NCBI RefSeq assembly: GCF_011045215.1
Contig: NZ_CP049201.1
Source: Escherichia coli
GTDB lineage: Bacteria; Pseudomonadota; Gammaproteobacteria; Enterobacterales; Enterobacteriaceae
Length of the DNA stretch: 64,000 nucleotides
Strand: one strand, 5' to 3'
In this document: one piece after another, positions 45,477 through 59,071 of the stretch
Layout of the letters: every line of letters begins with the position of its first letter
Numbering within the stretch: position 1 is the first letter of the stretch
Notes under the pieces: generated by a model
What the model was told of the DNA's origin: nothing
The model's input: only the letters and a program-made list of their open reading frames with translations
Database searches by the model: none
Made by a program: the position numbers and the translations under genes

Positions 45477-45926
45477 TCAATTTATGAGCGATATGGCATT
45501 GATTGACTTGATGACCGCCCTCTGTATGTCTGCAACCAACTCATGTGGCAAACATTGATTAAGATACCCTCTGTAAGTTCTTGCTCTGTTTAATCTGTTT
45601 CGACTGACTTGTTGTACCAGGTCGGCTTTGGCCCAACGAATCTGCTGATCAAAGAATTGCAGGTCATTGATAATATTACTGGCTATTTCAACATGCATTC
45701 CACGATTTAACTTGTCATGGTCGCGAGTGGTTGATAATGGAACGACGATACATGCGTTGCCATTAATTTTTCCGTTGAGCACGACAACTAACCTGTTTTT
45801 TATCATTTCAGGAGGAATGCGGCCATCGTAATACGTCGTGCTGAACGGCCCATTTTGGCTAACAGGATAGTTACCAAAGTTGCATTCCAGTATTTCACCA
45901 ACCTTAGGGCTGAAATTAATCGCCAC
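45477..45926 (-). CDS. yifN: PemK/MazF-like fold protein
   Basis: ORF 45477..45968; start placed at GTG after AGGAGAG SD; MazF-like patterns GEILECNFG, RLVVVLNG, CIVVPLSTT. Confidence 0.6.
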   Translation of the reverse strand: MAINFSPKVGEILECNFGNYPVSQNGPFSTTYYDGRIPPEMIKNRLVVVLNGKINGNACIVVPLSTTRDHDKLNRGMHVEIASNIINDLQFFDQQIRWAKADLVQQVSRNRLNRARTYRGYLNQCLPHELVADIQRAVIKSINAISLIN

Positions 45927-46142
45927 GAGTAAACCTCTCCTTAGTAAACTCTGAAAAAGTAATAACACAACGTTACGACCCGATATTTTCTAAGTCTAAT
46001 GGATTCACGATGAACTCCGATTTCGGTCTTCTCTCTCTGATTTAAACATCCGCAGCCAACCGGTTAGCGGCTTACACGCGGTCACATTCAAATGCGATTC
46101 TGCTACAATCCTCCCCCCGTTCGAAGATTGAGCAATACACCT

Positions 46143-48164
46143 ATGCGTCTAAACCCCGGCCAACAACAAGCTGTCGAATTCGTTACCGGCCCCTGCCTGG
46201 TGCTGGCGGGCGCGGGTTCCGGTAAAACTCGTGTTATCACCAATAAAATCGCTCATCTGATCCGCGGTTGCGGTTATCAGGCGCGACATATCGCGGCGGT
46301 GACCTTTACCAATAAGGCGGCGCGCGAGATGAAAGAGCGTGTAGGGCAGACGCTGGGGCGCAAAGAGGCGCGTGGGCTGATGATCTCCACTTTCCATACG
46401 TTGGGGCTGGATATCATCAAACGCGAGTATGCGGCGCTTGGGATGAAAGCGAACTTCTCGTTGTTTGACGATACCGATCAGCTTGCTTTGCTTAAAGAGT
46501 TGACCGAGGGGCTGATTGAAGATGACAAAGTTCTCCTGCAACAACTGATTTCGACCATCTCTAACTGGAAGAATGATCTCAAAACACCGTCCCAGGCGGC
46601 AGCCAGTGCGATTGGCGAGCGGGACCGTATTTTTGCCCATTGTTATGGGCTGTATGATGCACACCTGAAAGCGTGCAATGTTCTCGACTTCGATGATCTG
46701 ATTTTATTGCCGACGTTGCTGCTGCAACGCAATGAAGAAGTCCGCGAGCGCTGGCAGAACAAAATTCGCTATCTGCTGGTGGATGAGTATCAGGACACCA
46801 ACACCAGCCAGTATGAACTGGTGAAACTGCTGGTGGGCAGCCGCGCGCGCTTTACCGTGGTGGGCGATGACGACCAGTCGATCTACTCCTGGCGCGGCGC
46901 ACGTCCACAAAACCTGGTGCTGCTGAGTCAGGATTTTCCGGCGCTGAAGGTGATTAAGCTTGAGCAGAACTACCGCTCTTCCGGACGTATTTTGAAAGCG
47001 GCGAACATCCTGATCGCCAATAACCCGCACGTCTTTGAGAAGCGTCTGTTCTCCGAACTGGGTTACGGCACAGAGCTTAAAGTTTTAAGCGCGAATAACG
47101 AAGAACATGAAGCCGAGCGCGTCACTGGTGAACTGATTGCGCATCACTTCGTCAATAAAACGCAGTACAAAGATTACGCTATTCTTTATCGCGGTAACCA
47201 TCAGTCGCGAGTGTTTGAAAAATTCCTGATGCAAAACCGCATCCCGTACAAAATTTCTGGTGGTACGTCGTTTTTCTCTCGTCCTGAAATCAAGGACTTG
47301 CTGGCTTATCTGCGCGTGCTGACTAACCCGGACGATGACAGCGCATTTCTGCGTATCGTTAACACGCCGAAGAGAGAGATTGGCCCGGCGACGCTGAAAA
47401 AGCTGGGTGAGTGGGCGATGACGCGCAATAAAAGCATGTTTACCGCCAGCTTTGATATGGGCCTGAGTCAGACGCTTAGCGGACGTGGTTATGAAGCATT
47501 GACCCGCTTTACTCACTGGTTGGCAGAAATCCAGCGTCTGGCGGAGCGGGAGCCGATTGCCGCGGTGCGCGATCTGATCCACGGCATGGATTATGAATCC
47601 TGGCTGTACGAAACATCGCCCAGCCCGAAAGCCGCCGAAATGCGCATGAAGAACGTCAACCAACTGTTTAGCTGGATGACGGAGATGCTGGAAGGCAGCG
47701 AACTGGATGAGCCGATGACGCTCACCCAGGTGGTGACGCGCTTTACTTTGCGCGACATGATGGAGCGTGGTGAGAGTGAAGAAGAGCTGGATCAGGTGCA
47801 ACTGATGACTCTGCACGCGTCAAAAGGGCTGGAGTTTCCTTATGTCTACATGGTCGGTATGGAAGAAGGGTTTTTGCCGCACCAGAGCAGCATCGATGAA
47901 GATAATATCGATGAGGAGCGGCGGCTGGCCTATGTCGGCATTACCCGCGCCCAGAAGGAATTGACCTTTACGCTGTGTAAAGAACGCCGTCAGTACGGCG
48001 AGCTGGTGCGCCCGGAGCCGAGCCGCTTTTTGCTGGAGCTGCCGCAGGATGATCTGATTTGGGAACAGGAGCGCAAAGTGGTCAGCGCCGAAGAACGGAT
48101 GCAGAAAGGGCAAAGCCATCTGGCGAATCTGAAAGCGATGATGGCGGCAAAACGAGGGAAATAA
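46143..48164 (+). CDS. rep: ATP-dependent DNA helicase Rep
   Basis: ORF 46092..48164; start at [33 protein letters not shown]. Confidence 0.95.
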   Translation: MRLNPGQQQAVEFVTGPCLVLAGAGSGKTRVITNKIAHLIRGCGYQARHIAAVTFTNKAAREMKERVGQTLGRKEARGLMISTFHTLGLDIIKREYAALGMKANFSLFDDTDQLALLKELTEGLIEDDKVLLQQLISTISNWKNDLKTPSQAAASAIGERDRIFAHCYGLYDAHLKACNVLDFDDLILLPTLLLQRNEEVRERWQNKIRYLLVDEYQDTNTSQYELVKLLVGSRARFTVVGDDDQSIYSWRGARPQNLVLLSQDFPALKVIKLEQNYRSSGRILKAANILIANNPHVFEKRLFSELGYGTELKVLSANNEEHEAERVTGELIAHHFVNKTQYKDYAILYRGNHQSRVFEKFLMQNRIPYKISGGTSFFSRPEIKDLLAYLRVLTNPDDDSAFLRIVNTPKREIGPATLKKLGEWAMTRNKSMFTASFDMGLSQTLSGRGYEALTRFTHWLAEIQRLAEREPIAAVRDLIHGMDYESWLYETSPSPKAAEMRMKNVNQLFSWMTEMLEGSELDEPMTLTQVVTRFTLRDMMERGESEEELDQVQLMTLHASKGLEFPYVYMVGMEEGFLPHQSSIDEDNIDEERRLAYVGITRAQKELTFTLCKERRQYGELVRPEPSRFLLELPQDDLIWEQERKVVSAEERMQKGQSHLANLKAMMAAKRGK

Positions 48165-48210
48165 TCAAGGCCGGAAAAGATGCGTCAGCATCGCATCCGG
48201 CACTTACTCA

Positions 48211-49695
48211 TTAATGCACTTCCAGCGGCCAGTGGACATAGCTCTGCCACTGGCTTTCCTGAGCAATAATCTCTTTACCCAGCGGATGTTGGGTTAGCCA
48301 ACCTTGCGGAAGCGTCAAGGTCAACAGTTCATGGTTAGCCTGTAATGTCATCTCTGGCACGAGATCGTCACGGCGACGGCTGGCAAAAATGATGGCCAGG
48401 CGGAGTAAACGGCAGAGTTGTTCTGCGACGCGCGGCGGTACGGCATTTTGCTGATGCAGCGATGAGAGATCGACCGGATTAGTCTGGTTGAGCAGTAGCG
48501 TCGCCAGCAATTTTTTCTGTGCGGGGGTAAAACCGGGAAGATCCAGATTACGCACCAGATAAGCAGCGTGTTGCGGCGCTTGTTTAAAGTCAACGCTCAG
48601 GCCGATTTCATGAAGCTGACAGGCGCTGATGAGCAAATCGCGGCTTATTGCTTCAAGATGCCATTCCTTTTCCACCTGATCGAAGAAGTTAGCCGCAACT
48701 TTGGCTACGCGCTGCGCCTGATCAATATCGATCATAAAGCGGCGCTGAATATTACGCAGCGTACGGCTGCGAATATCCTGCTCGACGGCCAGATGCAACA
48801 TGCCGTAGACCAGGCCTTCACGCAGCGCACCGCCCGCCAGGGTCATACACTGAATATTCAGTTCGGTAAAAATGGCGATCAGGATCGCCAGACCACTCGG
48901 GAACACTAACGCACGTTCCAGCGTCAGCCCGTCAATCTCCAGTTCCTCCAGCCGACCGCAATGAATGGCTCGCTGTTTCAATTGCTGCAACTTTTCCAGG
49001 GTAATGCGTTCATCCATCCCCTGTGCCATCATGATTTCCTGTAACGCCTGCACGGTGCCGGAAGCACCAACGCACACTTTCCAGCCGTGATACCGTAATT
49101 CATCGGCAACCGGACGTAACACTTCGCGTGCCGCTTTTTCTGCAGCATCAAAATTTTCCTGCCCCAGATTACGATCGGCAAAATAGCGTTCCAGCCAGGT
49201 GACGCAGCCCATCGACAGGCTGAACAACGAGGTGGTTTGTGCACCCGTGCCGGTTACCAGTTCAGTACTGGCACCGCCTATATCCACCACCAGGCGCTGA
49301 TCGGCACCGCCAGTTGTGTGAGCAACGCCCTGATAAATCAGACGTGCTTCCTCTTCACCGCTGATCACCTGTACCGGACAACCGAGGATTTCCTGCGCTT
49401 TGGCAATAAAATCACCCGCATTGACGGCAAGACGTAATGTCGCCGTAGCGACAACGCGAATTTGCGAGGGAGGGATATCTTGCAGACGTTCAGCAAACAG
49501 GCGCAGACATTGCCAACCGCGCTCCATTGCTTCATTAGACAGGGCATTTTCGCTATTCAGGCCAGCAGCCAGACGCACTTTGCGTTTTATTCGCGTCAGC
49601 GTCTGGATGCTTCCAGCCACCTCGCGCACAACCAGCATATGAAAACTATTCGAACCGAGATCAATGGCTGCATACAGCGACGAGGTGGAACCCAT
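48211..49695 (-). CDS. gppA: guanosine pentaphosphate phosphohydrolase
   Basis: ORF 48211..49704; start at [23 protein letters not shown]. Confidence 0.93.
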   Translation of the reverse strand: MGSTSSLYAAIDLGSNSFHMLVVREVAGSIQTLTRIKRKVRLAAGLNSENALSNEAMERGWQCLRLFAERLQDIPPSQIRVVATATLRLAVNAGDFIAKAQEILGCPVQVISGEEEARLIYQGVAHTTGGADQRLVVDIGGASTELVTGTGAQTTSLFSLSMGCVTWLERYFADRNLGQENFDAAEKAAREVLRPVADELRYHGWKVCVGASGTVQALQEIMMAQGMDERITLEKLQQLKQRAIHCGRLEELEIDGLTLERALVFPSGLAILIAIFTELNIQCMTLAGGALREGLVYGMLHLAVEQDIRSRTLRNIQRRFMIDIDQAQRVAKVAANFFDQVEKEWHLEAISRDLLISACQLHEIGLSVDFKQAPQHAAYLVRNLDLPGFTPAQKKLLATLLLNQTNPVDLSSLHQQNAVPPRVAEQLCRLLRLAIIFASRRRDDLVPEMTLQANHELLTLTLPQGWLTQHPLGKEIIAQESQWQSYVHWPLEVH

Positions 49696-49828
49696 ACTCT
49701 TCATCCTTCAATCTGTCTCTGTGTTGGCTGCATTCTTTCACCTGAATCACTTACTACAGTATGCTCATCGGGATTCATTCTCTTGCCATCTTGATACAGT
49801 TTGAATGATTTTGAGTATGACATTTTAT

Positions 49829-51094
49829 TTAACCTGAACGACGACGATTACGCGGAGCGCCAGTACGACGCGGACCATTGCCTGTACGTGGGCGCGTGAG
49901 GCGCAGCGGTTTTGGCAGATCGGTCATCAATGCGTCCGGATTGTATTTGCTTACCGGAATTGAGTGACCAATATAGGTCTCAATAGCAGGCAAATTCAAT
50001 GCATACTCTTCACACGCCAGGCTGATAGAGTGACCGCTTGCGCCTGCGCGACCTGTACGACCAATACGGTGAACGTAATCTTCACAGTCATCGGGTAAAT
50101 CGTAGTTAAAGACGTGCGTCACTGCCGGAATATGCAAACCACGCGCGGCAACGTCGGTGGCAACCAGAATATCCAGATCGCCACGGGTAAATTCATCAAG
50201 AATACGCAGACGTTTTTTCTGCGCGACATCGCCTGTCAACAAACCGACACGATGACCATCTGCCGCCAGGTGGCCCCAGATCTCTTCACAACGGTGTTTG
50301 GTATTGGCGAAAATAATCGCTCTGTCTGGCCACTCTTCTTCGATCAGCGTTTGCAGCAAACGCATTTTTTCTTCGTTAGAAGGGTAGAAAAGCTCTTCTT
50401 TAATACGGTGGCCCGTTTTCTGTTCCGGTTCCACTTCAATATATTCGGCATTGTTCATCTGCTCAAACGCCAGTTCACGTACCCGGTACGAAAGCGTGGC
50501 AGAGAACAGCATGTTGAGGCGCTGGTTTGCAGGCGGCATACGGCGGAACAGCCAGCGGATATCTTTAATAAAGCCCAGATCGTACATGCGATCGGCTTCG
50601 TCCAGTACCACTACCTGAATGGCACCGAGGTTAATGTGGTTCTGCTTGGCGTAGTCAATTAAACGACCCGTGGTGCCAATCAGAATGTCAACGCCGCTTT
50701 CCAGCACTTTCAGCTGTTTGTCGTAACCATCACCACCGTAAGCCAGACCCAGCTTCAGGCCGGTAGCTTCCGCCAGCGGTTCCGCATCGGCATGGATCTG
50801 GACGGCAAGTTCACGCGTCGGTGCCATAATTAAGGCACGCGGCTGATTCACCTTGCGATCGGCAATCGCGGGATGAGAGAGAAGATAATGAAACGTTGAC
50901 GTAAGAAACGCCATCGTTTTCCCGGTACCGGTTTGCGCCTGCCCGGCTACGTCACGACCCGCCAGCGTCAGCGGAAGGGCCAGTGCCTGAATGGGCGTAC
51001 AGTTATGAAACCCTTTTTTTTCAAGGGCTTCTACAACCTTCGGATGCAGGGCGAAGTCGGAAAACTTCTGTTCTGTTAAATGTGTTTTGCTCAT
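49829..51094 (-). CDS. rhlB: ATP-dependent RNA helicase RhlB (DEAD-box)
   Basis: 421-aa ORF with AQTGTGKT and DEAD motifs; Arg-rich C-terminus. Confidence 0.95.
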
Positions 51095-51224
51095 AGTGTG
51101 GTAGAATATCAGCTTACTATTGCTTTACGAAAGCGTATCCGGTGAAATAAAGTCAACCTTTAGTTGGTTAATGTTACACCAACAACGAAACCAACACGCC
51201 AGGCTTATTCCTGTGGAGTTATAT

Positions 51225-51554
51225 ATGAGCGATAAAATTATTCACCTGACTGACGACAGTTTTGACACGGATGTACTCAAAGCGGACGGGGCGATCCTCG
51301 TCGATTTCTGGGCAGAGTGGTGCGGTCCGTGCAAAATGATCGCCCCGATTCTGGATGAAATCGCTGACGAATATCAGGGCAAACTGACCGTTGCAAAACT
51401 GAACATCGATCAAAACCCTGGCACTGCGCCGAAATATGGCATCCGTGGTATCCCGACTCTGTTGCTGTTCAAAAACGGTGAAGTGGCGGCAACCAAAGTG
51501 GGTGCACTGTCTAAAGGTCAGTTGAAAGAGTTCCTCGACGCTAACCTGGCGTAA
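51225..51554 (+). CDS. trxA: thioredoxin 1
   Basis: ORF 51120..51554; start at [37 protein letters not shown]. Confidence 0.95.
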
Positions 51555-51694
51555 GGGAATTTCATGTTCGGGTGCCCCGTCGCTAAAAACTGGACGCCCG
51601 GCGTGAGTCATGCTAACTTAGTGTTGACTTCGTATTAAACATACCTTATTAAGTTTGAATCTTGTAATTTCCAACGCTTCCCGTTTTATCTTAA

Positions 51695-51796
51695 ATGCGA
51701 AGTGAACAGATTTCTGGCTCGTCACTCAATCCGTCTTGTCGTTTCAGTTCTGCGTACTCTCCTGTGACCAGGCAGCGAAAAGACATGAGTCGATGA
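51695..51796 (+). CDS. rhoL: rho operon leader peptide
   Basis: Hand translation MRSEQISGSSLNPSCRFSSAYSPVTRQRKDMSR (33 aa). Confidence 0.8.
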   Translation: MRSEQISGSSLNPSCRFSSAYSPVTRQRKDMSR

Positions 51797-51880
51797 CCGT
51801 AAACAGGCATGGATGATCCTGCCATACCATTCACAACATTAAGTTCGAGATTTACCCCAAGTTTAAGAACTCACACCACT

Positions 51881-53140
51881 ATGAATCTTACCGAATTAAA
51901 GAATACGCCGGTTTCTGAGCTGATCACTCTCGGCGAAAATATGGGGCTGGAAAACCTGGCTCGTATGCGTAAGCAGGACATTATTTTTGCCATCCTGAAG
52001 CAGCACGCAAAGAGTGGCGAAGATATCTTTGGTGATGGCGTACTGGAGATATTGCAGGATGGATTTGGTTTCCTCCGTTCCGCAGACAGCTCCTACCTCG
52101 CCGGTCCTGATGACATCTACGTTTCCCCTAGCCAAATCCGCCGTTTCAACCTCCGCACTGGTGATACCATCTCTGGTAAGATTCGCCCGCCGAAAGAAGG
52201 TGAACGCTATTTTGCGCTGCTGAAAGTTAACGAAGTTAACTTTGACAAACCTGAAAACGCCCGCAACAAAATCCTCTTTGAGAACTTAACCCCGCTGCAC
52301 GCAAACTCTCGTCTGCGTATGGAACGTGGTAACGGTTCTACGGAAGATTTAACCGCTCGCGTACTGGATCTGGCATCACCTATCGGTCGTGGTCAGCGTG
52401 GTCTGATTGTGGCACCGCCGAAAGCCGGTAAAACTATGCTGCTGCAGAACATTGCTCAGAGCATTGCTTACAACCACCCGGATTGTGTGCTGATGGTTCT
52501 GCTGATCGACGAACGTCCGGAAGAAGTAACCGAGATGCAGCGTCTGGTAAAAGGTGAAGTTGTTGCTTCTACCTTTGACGAACCCGCATCTCGCCACGTT
52601 CAGGTTGCGGAAATGGTGATCGAGAAGGCCAAACGCCTGGTTGAGCACAAGAAAGACGTTATCATTCTGCTCGACTCCATCACTCGTCTGGCGCGCGCTT
52701 ACAACACTGTTGTTCCGGCGTCAGGTAAAGTGTTGACCGGTGGTGTGGACGCCAATGCCCTTCATCGTCCGAAACGCTTCTTCGGTGCGGCGCGTAACGT
52801 GGAAGAGGGCGGCAGCCTGACCATTATCGCGACGGCGCTTATCGATACCGGTTCTAAAATGGACGAAGTTATTTACGAAGAGTTTAAAGGTACAGGCAAC
52901 ATGGAACTGCACCTCTCTCGTAAGATCGCTGAAAAACGCGTCTTCCCGGCTATCGACTACAACCGTTCCGGTACCCGTAAAGAAGAGCTGCTCACGACTC
53001 AGGAAGAACTGCAGAAAATGTGGATCCTGCGCAAAATCATTCACCCGATGGGCGAAATCGATGCAATGGAATTCCTCATTAATAAACTGGCCATGACCAA
53101 GACCAATGACGATTTCTTCGAAATGATGAAACGCTCATAA
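51881..53140 (+). CDS. rho: transcription termination factor Rho
   Basis: ORF 51809..53140; start at [33 protein letters not shown]. Confidence 0.97.
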
Positions 53141-53156
53141 ATTTGTCTTATGCCAA

Positions 53157-53189
53157 AAACGCCACGTGTTTACGTGGCGTTTTGCTTTT
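53157..53189 (+). terminator. intrinsic terminator after rho
   Basis: AAACGCCACGT-GTTT-ACGTGGCGTTT hairpin followed by a T-rich run. Confidence 0.8.
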
Positions 53190-53379
53190 ATATCTGTAAT
53201 CTTAATGCCGCGCTGGCGATGTTAGGAAAATTCCTGGAATTTGCTGGCATGTTATGCAATTTGCATATCAAATGGTTAATTTTTGCACAGGACTGGTGGG
53301 TTCGGAACGGACTTTCCCTTCTGAATAAAGGTCTTCGTGGTTATACTTCTGCTAATAATTTTCTCTGAGAGCATGCATT

Positions 53380-54483
53380 GTGAATTTACTGACAGTGAGT
53401 ACTGATCTCATCAGTATTTTTTTATTCACGACACTGTTTCTGTTTTTTGCCCGTAAGGTGGCAAAAAAAGTCGGTTTAGTGGATAAACCAAACTTCCGCA
53501 AACGTCACCAGGGATTGATACCTCTCGTTGGGGGGATTTCGGTTTACGCAGGGATTTGCTTCACGTTCGGAATTGTCGATTACTATATTCCGCATGCATC
53601 TCTCTATCTCGCTTGTGCCGGTGTGCTTGTTTTCATTGGCGCGCTGGATGACCGTTTTGATATCAGCGTAAAAATCCGTGCCACCATACAGGCCGCTGTT
53701 GGCATTGTTATGATGGTGTTCGGCAAACTTTATCTCAGTAGCCTGGGTTATATCTTTGGCTCCTGGGAGATGGTGCTCGGACCGTTTGGTTACTTCCTGA
53801 CGCTATTTGCCGTCTGGGCGGCCATTAATGCGTTCAACATGGTTGATGGCATTGATGGCTTGCTGGGCGGGTTGTCCTGCGTCTCGTTTGCAGCAATCGG
53901 TATGATTTTGTGGTTCGACGGGCAAACCAGCCTCGCAATCTGGTGCTTTGCGATGATCGCCGCCATCCTGCCATACATCATGCTTAACCTTGGTATCCTG
54001 GGTCGCCGCTACAAAGTCTTTATGGGTGATGCGGGCAGTACGCTGATTGGTTTTACCGTGATCTGGATCCTGCTCGAAACGACCCAGGGTAAAACCCATC
54101 CCATCAGCCCGGTTACCGCTTTGTGGATAATCGCCATTCCGCTAATGGATATGGTGGCGATTATGTACCGTCGCCTGCGTAAAGGCATGAGCCCATTCTC
54201 TCCTGACCGTCAGCATATTCACCATTTGATCATGCGTGCCGGGTTTACTTCCCGCCAGGCGTTTGTGCTGATTACCCTTGCCGCAGCACTGCTCGCTTCC
54301 ATTGGCGTGCTGGCAGAATATTCTCATTTTGTCCCGGAGTGGGTCATGCTGGTGCTCTTTTTGCTAGCATTCTTCCTCTATGGATATTGCATTAAGCGTG
54401 CCTGGAAAGTTGCTCGCTTTATTAAGCGCGTAAAACGCAGACTGCGTAGAAATCGTGGTGGCAGCCCCAATTTAACTAAATAA
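53380..54483 (+). CDS. wecA: UDP-GlcNAc:undecaprenyl-phosphate GlcNAc-1-phosphate transferase
   Basis: 367-aa membrane ORF with GTG start, MNLLTVSTDLISIFLFTTLFLFFARKVAKKVGLVDKP... Confidence 0.93.
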   Translation: MNLLTVSTDLISIFLFTTLFLFFARKVAKKVGLVDKPNFRKRHQGLIPLVGGISVYAGICFTFGIVDYYIPHASLYLACAGVLVFIGALDDRFDISVKIRATIQAAVGIVMMVFGKLYLSSLGYIFGSWEMVLGPFGYFLTLFAVWAAINAFNMVDGIDGLLGGLSCVSFAAIGMILWFDGQTSLAIWCFAMIAAILPYIMLNLGILGRRYKVFMGDAGSTLIGFTVIWILLETTQGKTHPISPVTALWIIAIPLMDMVAIMYRRLRKGMSPFSPDRQHIHHLIMRAGFTSRQAFVLITLAAALLASIGVLAEYSHFVPEWVMLVLFLLAFFLYGYCIKRAWKVARFIKRVKRRLRRNRGGSPNLTK

Positions 54484-54494
54484 ATGAGGATGTG

Positions 54495-55541
54495 ATGACA
54501 CAACCAATGCCTGGGAAACCGGCCGAAGACGCTGAAAATGAACTGGATATTCGTGGGTTGTTTCGTACCTTGTGGGCTGGGAAGCTATGGATTATTGGCA
54601 TGGGGCTGGCGTTTGCGTTAATCGCGCTGGCGTATACGTTTTTTGCTCGTCAGGAGTGGAGCTCGACGGCGATTACCGATCGTCCAACGGTGAATATGCT
54701 GGGGGGATATTACTCGCAGCAGCAATTTTTGCGTAACCTGGATGTCCGTTCAAACATGGCTTCTGCCGACCAACCATCGGTCATGGACGAAGCCTATAAA
54801 GAGTTTGTTATGCAACTGGCCTCGTGGGATACCCGCAGAGAGTTCTGGCTGCAAACCGACTATTACAAGCAGCGGATGGTGGGCAACAGCAAAGCCGATG
54901 CGGCGTTGCTGGATGAAATGATTAACAACATCCAGTTTATCCCCGGAGACTTTACCCGCGCGGTCAATGACAGCGTGAAGCTTATTGCCGAAACCGCGCC
55001 TGACGCTAATAACCTGTTACGTCAGTATGTTGCTTTTGCCAGCCAGCGTGCAGCCAGCCATCTGAATGATGAGCTGAAAGGCGCATGGGCGGCACGCACC
55101 ATCCAGATGAAAGCTCAGGTGAAGCGTCAGGAAGAGGTGGCGAAAGCCATCTACGACCGCCGGATGAACAGCATTGAGCAGGCGCTGAAAATTGCTGAGC
55201 AGCATAATATTTCGCGCAGTGCGACAGATGTGCCTGCCGAGGAATTACCTGATTCAGAAATGTTCCTGCTTGGGCGTCCAATGCTCCAGGCTCGACTGGA
55301 AAATTTACAGGCCGTCGGTCCGGCCTTTGATCTCGACTATGATCAGAATCGGGCCATGTTAAACACCCTGAATGTTGGTCCAACCCTGGATCCGCGTTTT
55401 CAGACCTATCGCTATTTGCGTACGCCGGAAGAACCGGTAAAACGCGATAGCCCACGTCGTGCCTTCCTGATGATTATGTGGGGCATTGTCGGGGGGCTGA
55501 TCGGGGCTGGTGTCGCATTAACCCGCCGTTGCTCGAAATAG
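54495..55541 (+). CDS. wzzE: ECA polysaccharide chain-length regulator
   Basis: ORF 54492..55541; start at [27 protein letters not shown]. Confidence 0.92.
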   Translation: MTQPMPGKPAEDAENELDIRGLFRTLWAGKLWIIGMGLAFALIALAYTFFARQEWSSTAITDRPTVNMLGGYYSQQQFLRNLDVRSNMASADQPSVMDEAYKEFVMQLASWDTRREFWLQTDYYKQRMVGNSKADAALLDEMINNIQFIPGDFTRAVNDSVKLIAETAPDANNLLRQYVAFASQRAASHLNDELKGAWAARTIQMKAQVKRQEEVAKAIYDRRMNSIEQALKIAEQHNISRSATDVPAEELPDSEMFLLGRPMLQARLENLQAVGPAFDLDYDQNRAMLNTLNVGPTLDPRFQTYRYLRTPEEPVKRDSPRRAFLMIMWGIVGGLIGAGVALTRRCSK

Positions 55542-55596
55542 CAACACTGCTGCGGTGAGCGCAAAGGTGCTCGCCGCTTATTCGAAGAGAATCGAT

Positions 55597-56727
55597 GTGA
55601 AAGTACTGACTGTATTTGGTACGCGCCCGGAAGCCATCAAGATGGCTCCGTTGGTGCATGCGTTGGCAAAAGATCCTTTTTTTGAGGCTAAAGTTTGCGT
55701 CACTGCGCAGCATCGGGAGATGCTCGATCAGGTGCTGAAACTCTTTTCCATTGTACCTGACTACGATCTCAACATAATGCAGCCAGGACAGGGCCTGACA
55801 GAGATAACCTGTCGGATTCTGGAAGGGCTAAAACCTATTCTTGCCGAGTTCAAACCAGACGTCGTGCTGGTTCACGGCGACACAACGACGACGCTGGCAA
55901 CCAGCCTGGCGGCGTTTTATCAGCGTATTCCTGTTGGTCACGTTGAGGCTGGTCTGCGCACGGGCGATCTCTATTCGCCGTGGCCGGAAGAGGCTAACCG
56001 TACATTGACCGGGCATCTGGCGATGTATCACTTCTCTCCAACCGAAACTTCCCGGCAAAACTTGCTGCGTGAAAACGTTGCGGATAGCCGAATCTTCATT
56101 ACCGGTAATACAGTCATTGATGCACTGTTATGGGTGCGTGACCAGGTGATGAGCAGCGACACGCTGCGTTCAGAACTGGCGGCAAATTACCCGTTTATCG
56201 ACCCCGATAAAAAGATGATTCTGGTGACCGGTCACAGGCGTGAAAGCTTCGGTCGTGGCTTTGAAGAAATCTGCCATGCGCTGGCAGACATCGCCACCAC
56301 GCACCAGGACATCCAGATTGTCTATCCGGTGCATCTCAACCCGAACGTCAGAGAGCCGGTCAATCGCATTCTGGGGCATGTGAAAAATGTCATTCTGATC
56401 GATCCCCAGGAGTATTTACCGTTTGTCTGGCTGATGAACCACGCCTGGCTGATTTTGACCGACTCAGGCGGCATTCAGGAAGAAGCGCCTTCGCTGGGGA
56501 AACCGGTGCTGGTGATGCGCGATACCACTGAGCGTCCGGAAGCGGTGACGGCGGGTACGGTGCGTCTGGTAGGCACGGATAAGCAGCGAATTGTCGAGGA
56601 AGTGACGCGTCTTTTAAAAGACGAAAACGAATATCAAACTATGAGCCGCGCCCATAACCCGTATGGTGATGGTCAGGCATGCTCTCGCATTCTGGAAGCG
56701 TTAAAAAATAATCGGATATCACTATGA
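55597..56727 (+). CDS. wecB: UDP-N-acetylglucosamine 2-epimerase
   Basis: ORF 55555..56727; start placed at GTG giving (M)[22 protein letters not shown]. Confidence 0.92.
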   Translation: MKVLTVFGTRPEAIKMAPLVHALAKDPFFEAKVCVTAQHREMLDQVLKLFSIVPDYDLNIMQPGQGLTEITCRILEGLKPILAEFKPDVVLVHGDTTTTLATSLAAFYQRIPVGHVEAGLRTGDLYSPWPEEANRTLTGHLAMYHFSPTETSRQNLLRENVADSRIFITGNTVIDALLWVRDQVMSSDTLRSELAANYPFIDPDKKMILVTGHRRESFGRGFEEICHALADIATTHQDIQIVYPVHLNPNVREPVNRILGHVKNVILIDPQEYLPFVWLMNHAWLILTDSGGIQEEAPSLGKPVLVMRDTTERPEAVTAGTVRLVGTDKQRIVEEVTRLLKDENEYQTMSRAHNPYGDGQACSRILEALKNNRISL

Positions 56728-57986
56728 GTTTTGCGACCATTTCTGTTATCGGACTGGGTTACATCGGGCTGCCTACAGCAGCAGCGTTTGCCTCACGGCA
56801 AAAACAGGTGATTGGTGTCGATATCAACCAACACGCGGTTGATACCATCAATCGTGGCGAAATCCATATCGTCGAGCCTGATTTGGCGAGCGTAGTAAAA
56901 ACTGCCGTAGAAGGCGGTTTTTTACGAGCGAGCACGACGCCAGTTGAAGCGGATGCCTGGCTGATTGCTGTACCCACGCCGTTTAAAGGCGATCATGAGC
57001 CAGATATGACCTACGTTGAATCGGCTGCTCGCTCCATTGCGCCAGTGCTGAAAAAAGGCGCGCTGGTGATCCTTGAATCCACCTCGCCGGTGGGGTCAAC
57101 CGAGAAGATGGCAGAATGGTTAGCAGAGATGCGTCCGGATCTCACTTTCCCACAGCAGGTGGGCGAGTTGGCGGACGTCAACATTGCTTACTGCCCGGAA
57201 CGCGTGTTACCGGGCCAGGTTATGGTCGAGCTGATTAAAAACGATCGCGTGATTGGTGGTATGACGCCAGTTTGTTCGGCCCGCGCCAGCGAACTGTACA
57301 AAATTTTCCTCGAAGGTGAGTGTGTCGTCACTAACTCGCGGACGGCGGAAATGTGTAAGCTCACCGAAAACAGCTTCCGCGATGTGAATATCGCTTTTGC
57401 TAATGAATTGTCGCTGATTTGTGCCGATCAGGGGATTAACGTCTGGGAACTGATTCGCCTGGCGAATCGTCACCCTCGCGTTAATATTCTTCAGCCTGGC
57501 CCTGGCGTGGGCGGCCACTGCATCGCTGTTGATCCGTGGTTTATCGTGGCACAGAACCCGCAGCAGGCGCGGCTTATCCGTACCGCGCGCGAAGTGAACG
57601 ATCACAAACCGTTCTGGGTTATCGATCAAGTGAAAGCGGCGGTTGCCGACTGCCTTGCTGCTACCGATAAACGCGCCAGTGAACTGAAAATCGCCTGCTT
57701 TGGTCTGGCGTTTAAACCGAATATTGATGACCTGCGCGAAAGCCCGGCGATGGAAATCGCTGAACTAATCGCCCAGTGGCATAGCGGCGAAACGCTGGTT
57801 GTTGAGCCTAACATCCACCAGTTGCCGAAAAAACTGACCGGGCTTTGTACTCTGGCGCAGCTTGACGAGGCGCTGGCAACGGCAGATGTGCTGGTGATGC
57901 TGGTCGATCATAGTCAGTTCAAAGTTATCAATGGCGACAATGTCCATCAGCAGTATGTCGTCGATGCCAAAGGAGTCTGGCGCTGA
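56724..57986 (+). CDS. wecC: UDP-N-acetyl-D-mannosamine dehydrogenase
   Basis: 420-aa [36 protein letters not shown]... Confidence 0.95.
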   Translation: MSFATISVIGLGYIGLPTAAAFASRQKQVIGVDINQHAVDTINRGEIHIVEPDLASVVKTAVEGGFLRASTTPVEADAWLIAVPTPFKGDHEPDMTYVESAARSIAPVLKKGALVILESTSPVGSTEKMAEWLAEMRPDLTFPQQVGELADVNIAYCPERVLPGQVMVELIKNDRVIGGMTPVCSARASELYKIFLEGECVVTNSRTAEMCKLTENSFRDVNIAFANELSLICADQGINVWELIRLANRHPRVNILQPGPGVGGHCIAVDPWFIVAQNPQQARLIRTAREVNDHKPFWVIDQVKAAVADCLAATDKRASELKIACFGLAFKPNIDDLRESPAMEIAELIAQWHSGETLVVEPNIHQLPKKLTGLCTLAQLDEALATADVLVMLVDHSQFKVINGDNVHQQYVVDAKGVWR

Positions 57987-59053
57987 TGAGAAAGATTCTG
58001 ATAACAGGTGGTGCCGGGTTTATTGGCTCGGCGCTGGTGCGTTATATCATCAACGAAACGAGCGATGCGGTGGTAGTGGTCGATAAGCTGACCTACGCCG
58101 GAAACCTGATGTCGCTGGCACCGGTCGCGCAAAGCGAGCGCTTTGCCTTTGAGAAAGTTGATATCTGCGATCGGGCAGAACTGGCGCGCGTATTCACTGA
58201 GCATCAGCCAGACTGTGTCATGCATCTGGCAGCCGAAAGCCATGTTGACCGTTCTATTGACGGCCCGGCAGCGTTTATTGAAACCAACATTGTCGGGACT
58301 TATACATTGCTTGAAGCGGCGCGGGCTTACTGGAATGCGCTGACGGAAGATAAAAAATCAGCGTTCCGTTTTCATCATATCTCCACTGACGAAGTATATG
58401 GTGACCTGCACTCGACGGATGATTTCTTTACCGAAACCACGCCGTATGCGCCGAGCAGCCCTTATTCCGCGTCAAAAGCCAGCAGCGACCATCTGGTGCG
58501 CGCCTGGCTGCGGACCTATGGTCTGCCGACGCTTATCACCAACTGCTCGAATAACTACGGCCCTTACCACTTTCCGGAAAAACTGATCCCGCTGATGATC
58601 CTCAACGCGCTGGCGGGTAAATCGCTGCCGGTATATGGCAACGGGCAGCAAATCCGTGACTGGCTGTATGTTGAAGATCACGCCCGCGCGCTGTATTGCG
58701 TGGCGACCACCGGGAAAGTCGGTGAAACCTATAATATCGGTGGTCACAACGAGCGTAAGAATCTCGATGTTGTGGAAACCATTTGCGAGCTGCTGGAAGA
58801 ACTGGCTCCGAACAAGCCGCACGGCGTGGTGCACTATCGTGACTTGATCACCTTTGTCGCTGACCGTCCGGGGCATGATCTGCGTTATGCCATTGATGCT
58901 TCGAAAATTGCCCGTGAACTTGGCTGGTTGCCGCAGGAAACCTTTGAAAGTGGAATGCGTAAAACGGTTCAGTGGTATCTGGCTAATGAAAGCTGGTGGA
59001 AGCAGGTGCAGGACGGCAGCTATCAGGGCGAGCGTTTAGGTCTGAAAGGCTAA
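57986..59053 (+). CDS. rffG: dTDP-glucose 4,6-dehydratase
   Basis: 355-aa [25 protein letters not shown]... Confidence 0.95.
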   Translation: MRKILITGGAGFIGSALVRYIINETSDAVVVVDKLTYAGNLMSLAPVAQSERFAFEKVDICDRAELARVFTEHQPDCVMHLAAESHVDRSIDGPAAFIETNIVGTYTLLEAARAYWNALTEDKKSAFRFHHISTDEVYGDLHSTDDFFTETTPYAPSSPYSASKASSDHLVRAWLRTYGLPTLITNCSNNYGPYHFPEKLIPLMILNALAGKSLPVYGNGQQIRDWLYVEDHARALYCVATTGKVGETYNIGGHNERKNLDVVETICELLEELAPNKPHGVVHYRDLITFVADRPGHDLRYAIDASKIARELGWLPQETFESGMRKTVQWYLANESWWKQVQDGSYQGERLGLKG

Positions 59054-59071
59054 TTTTCAGCGGAGGCAAAC

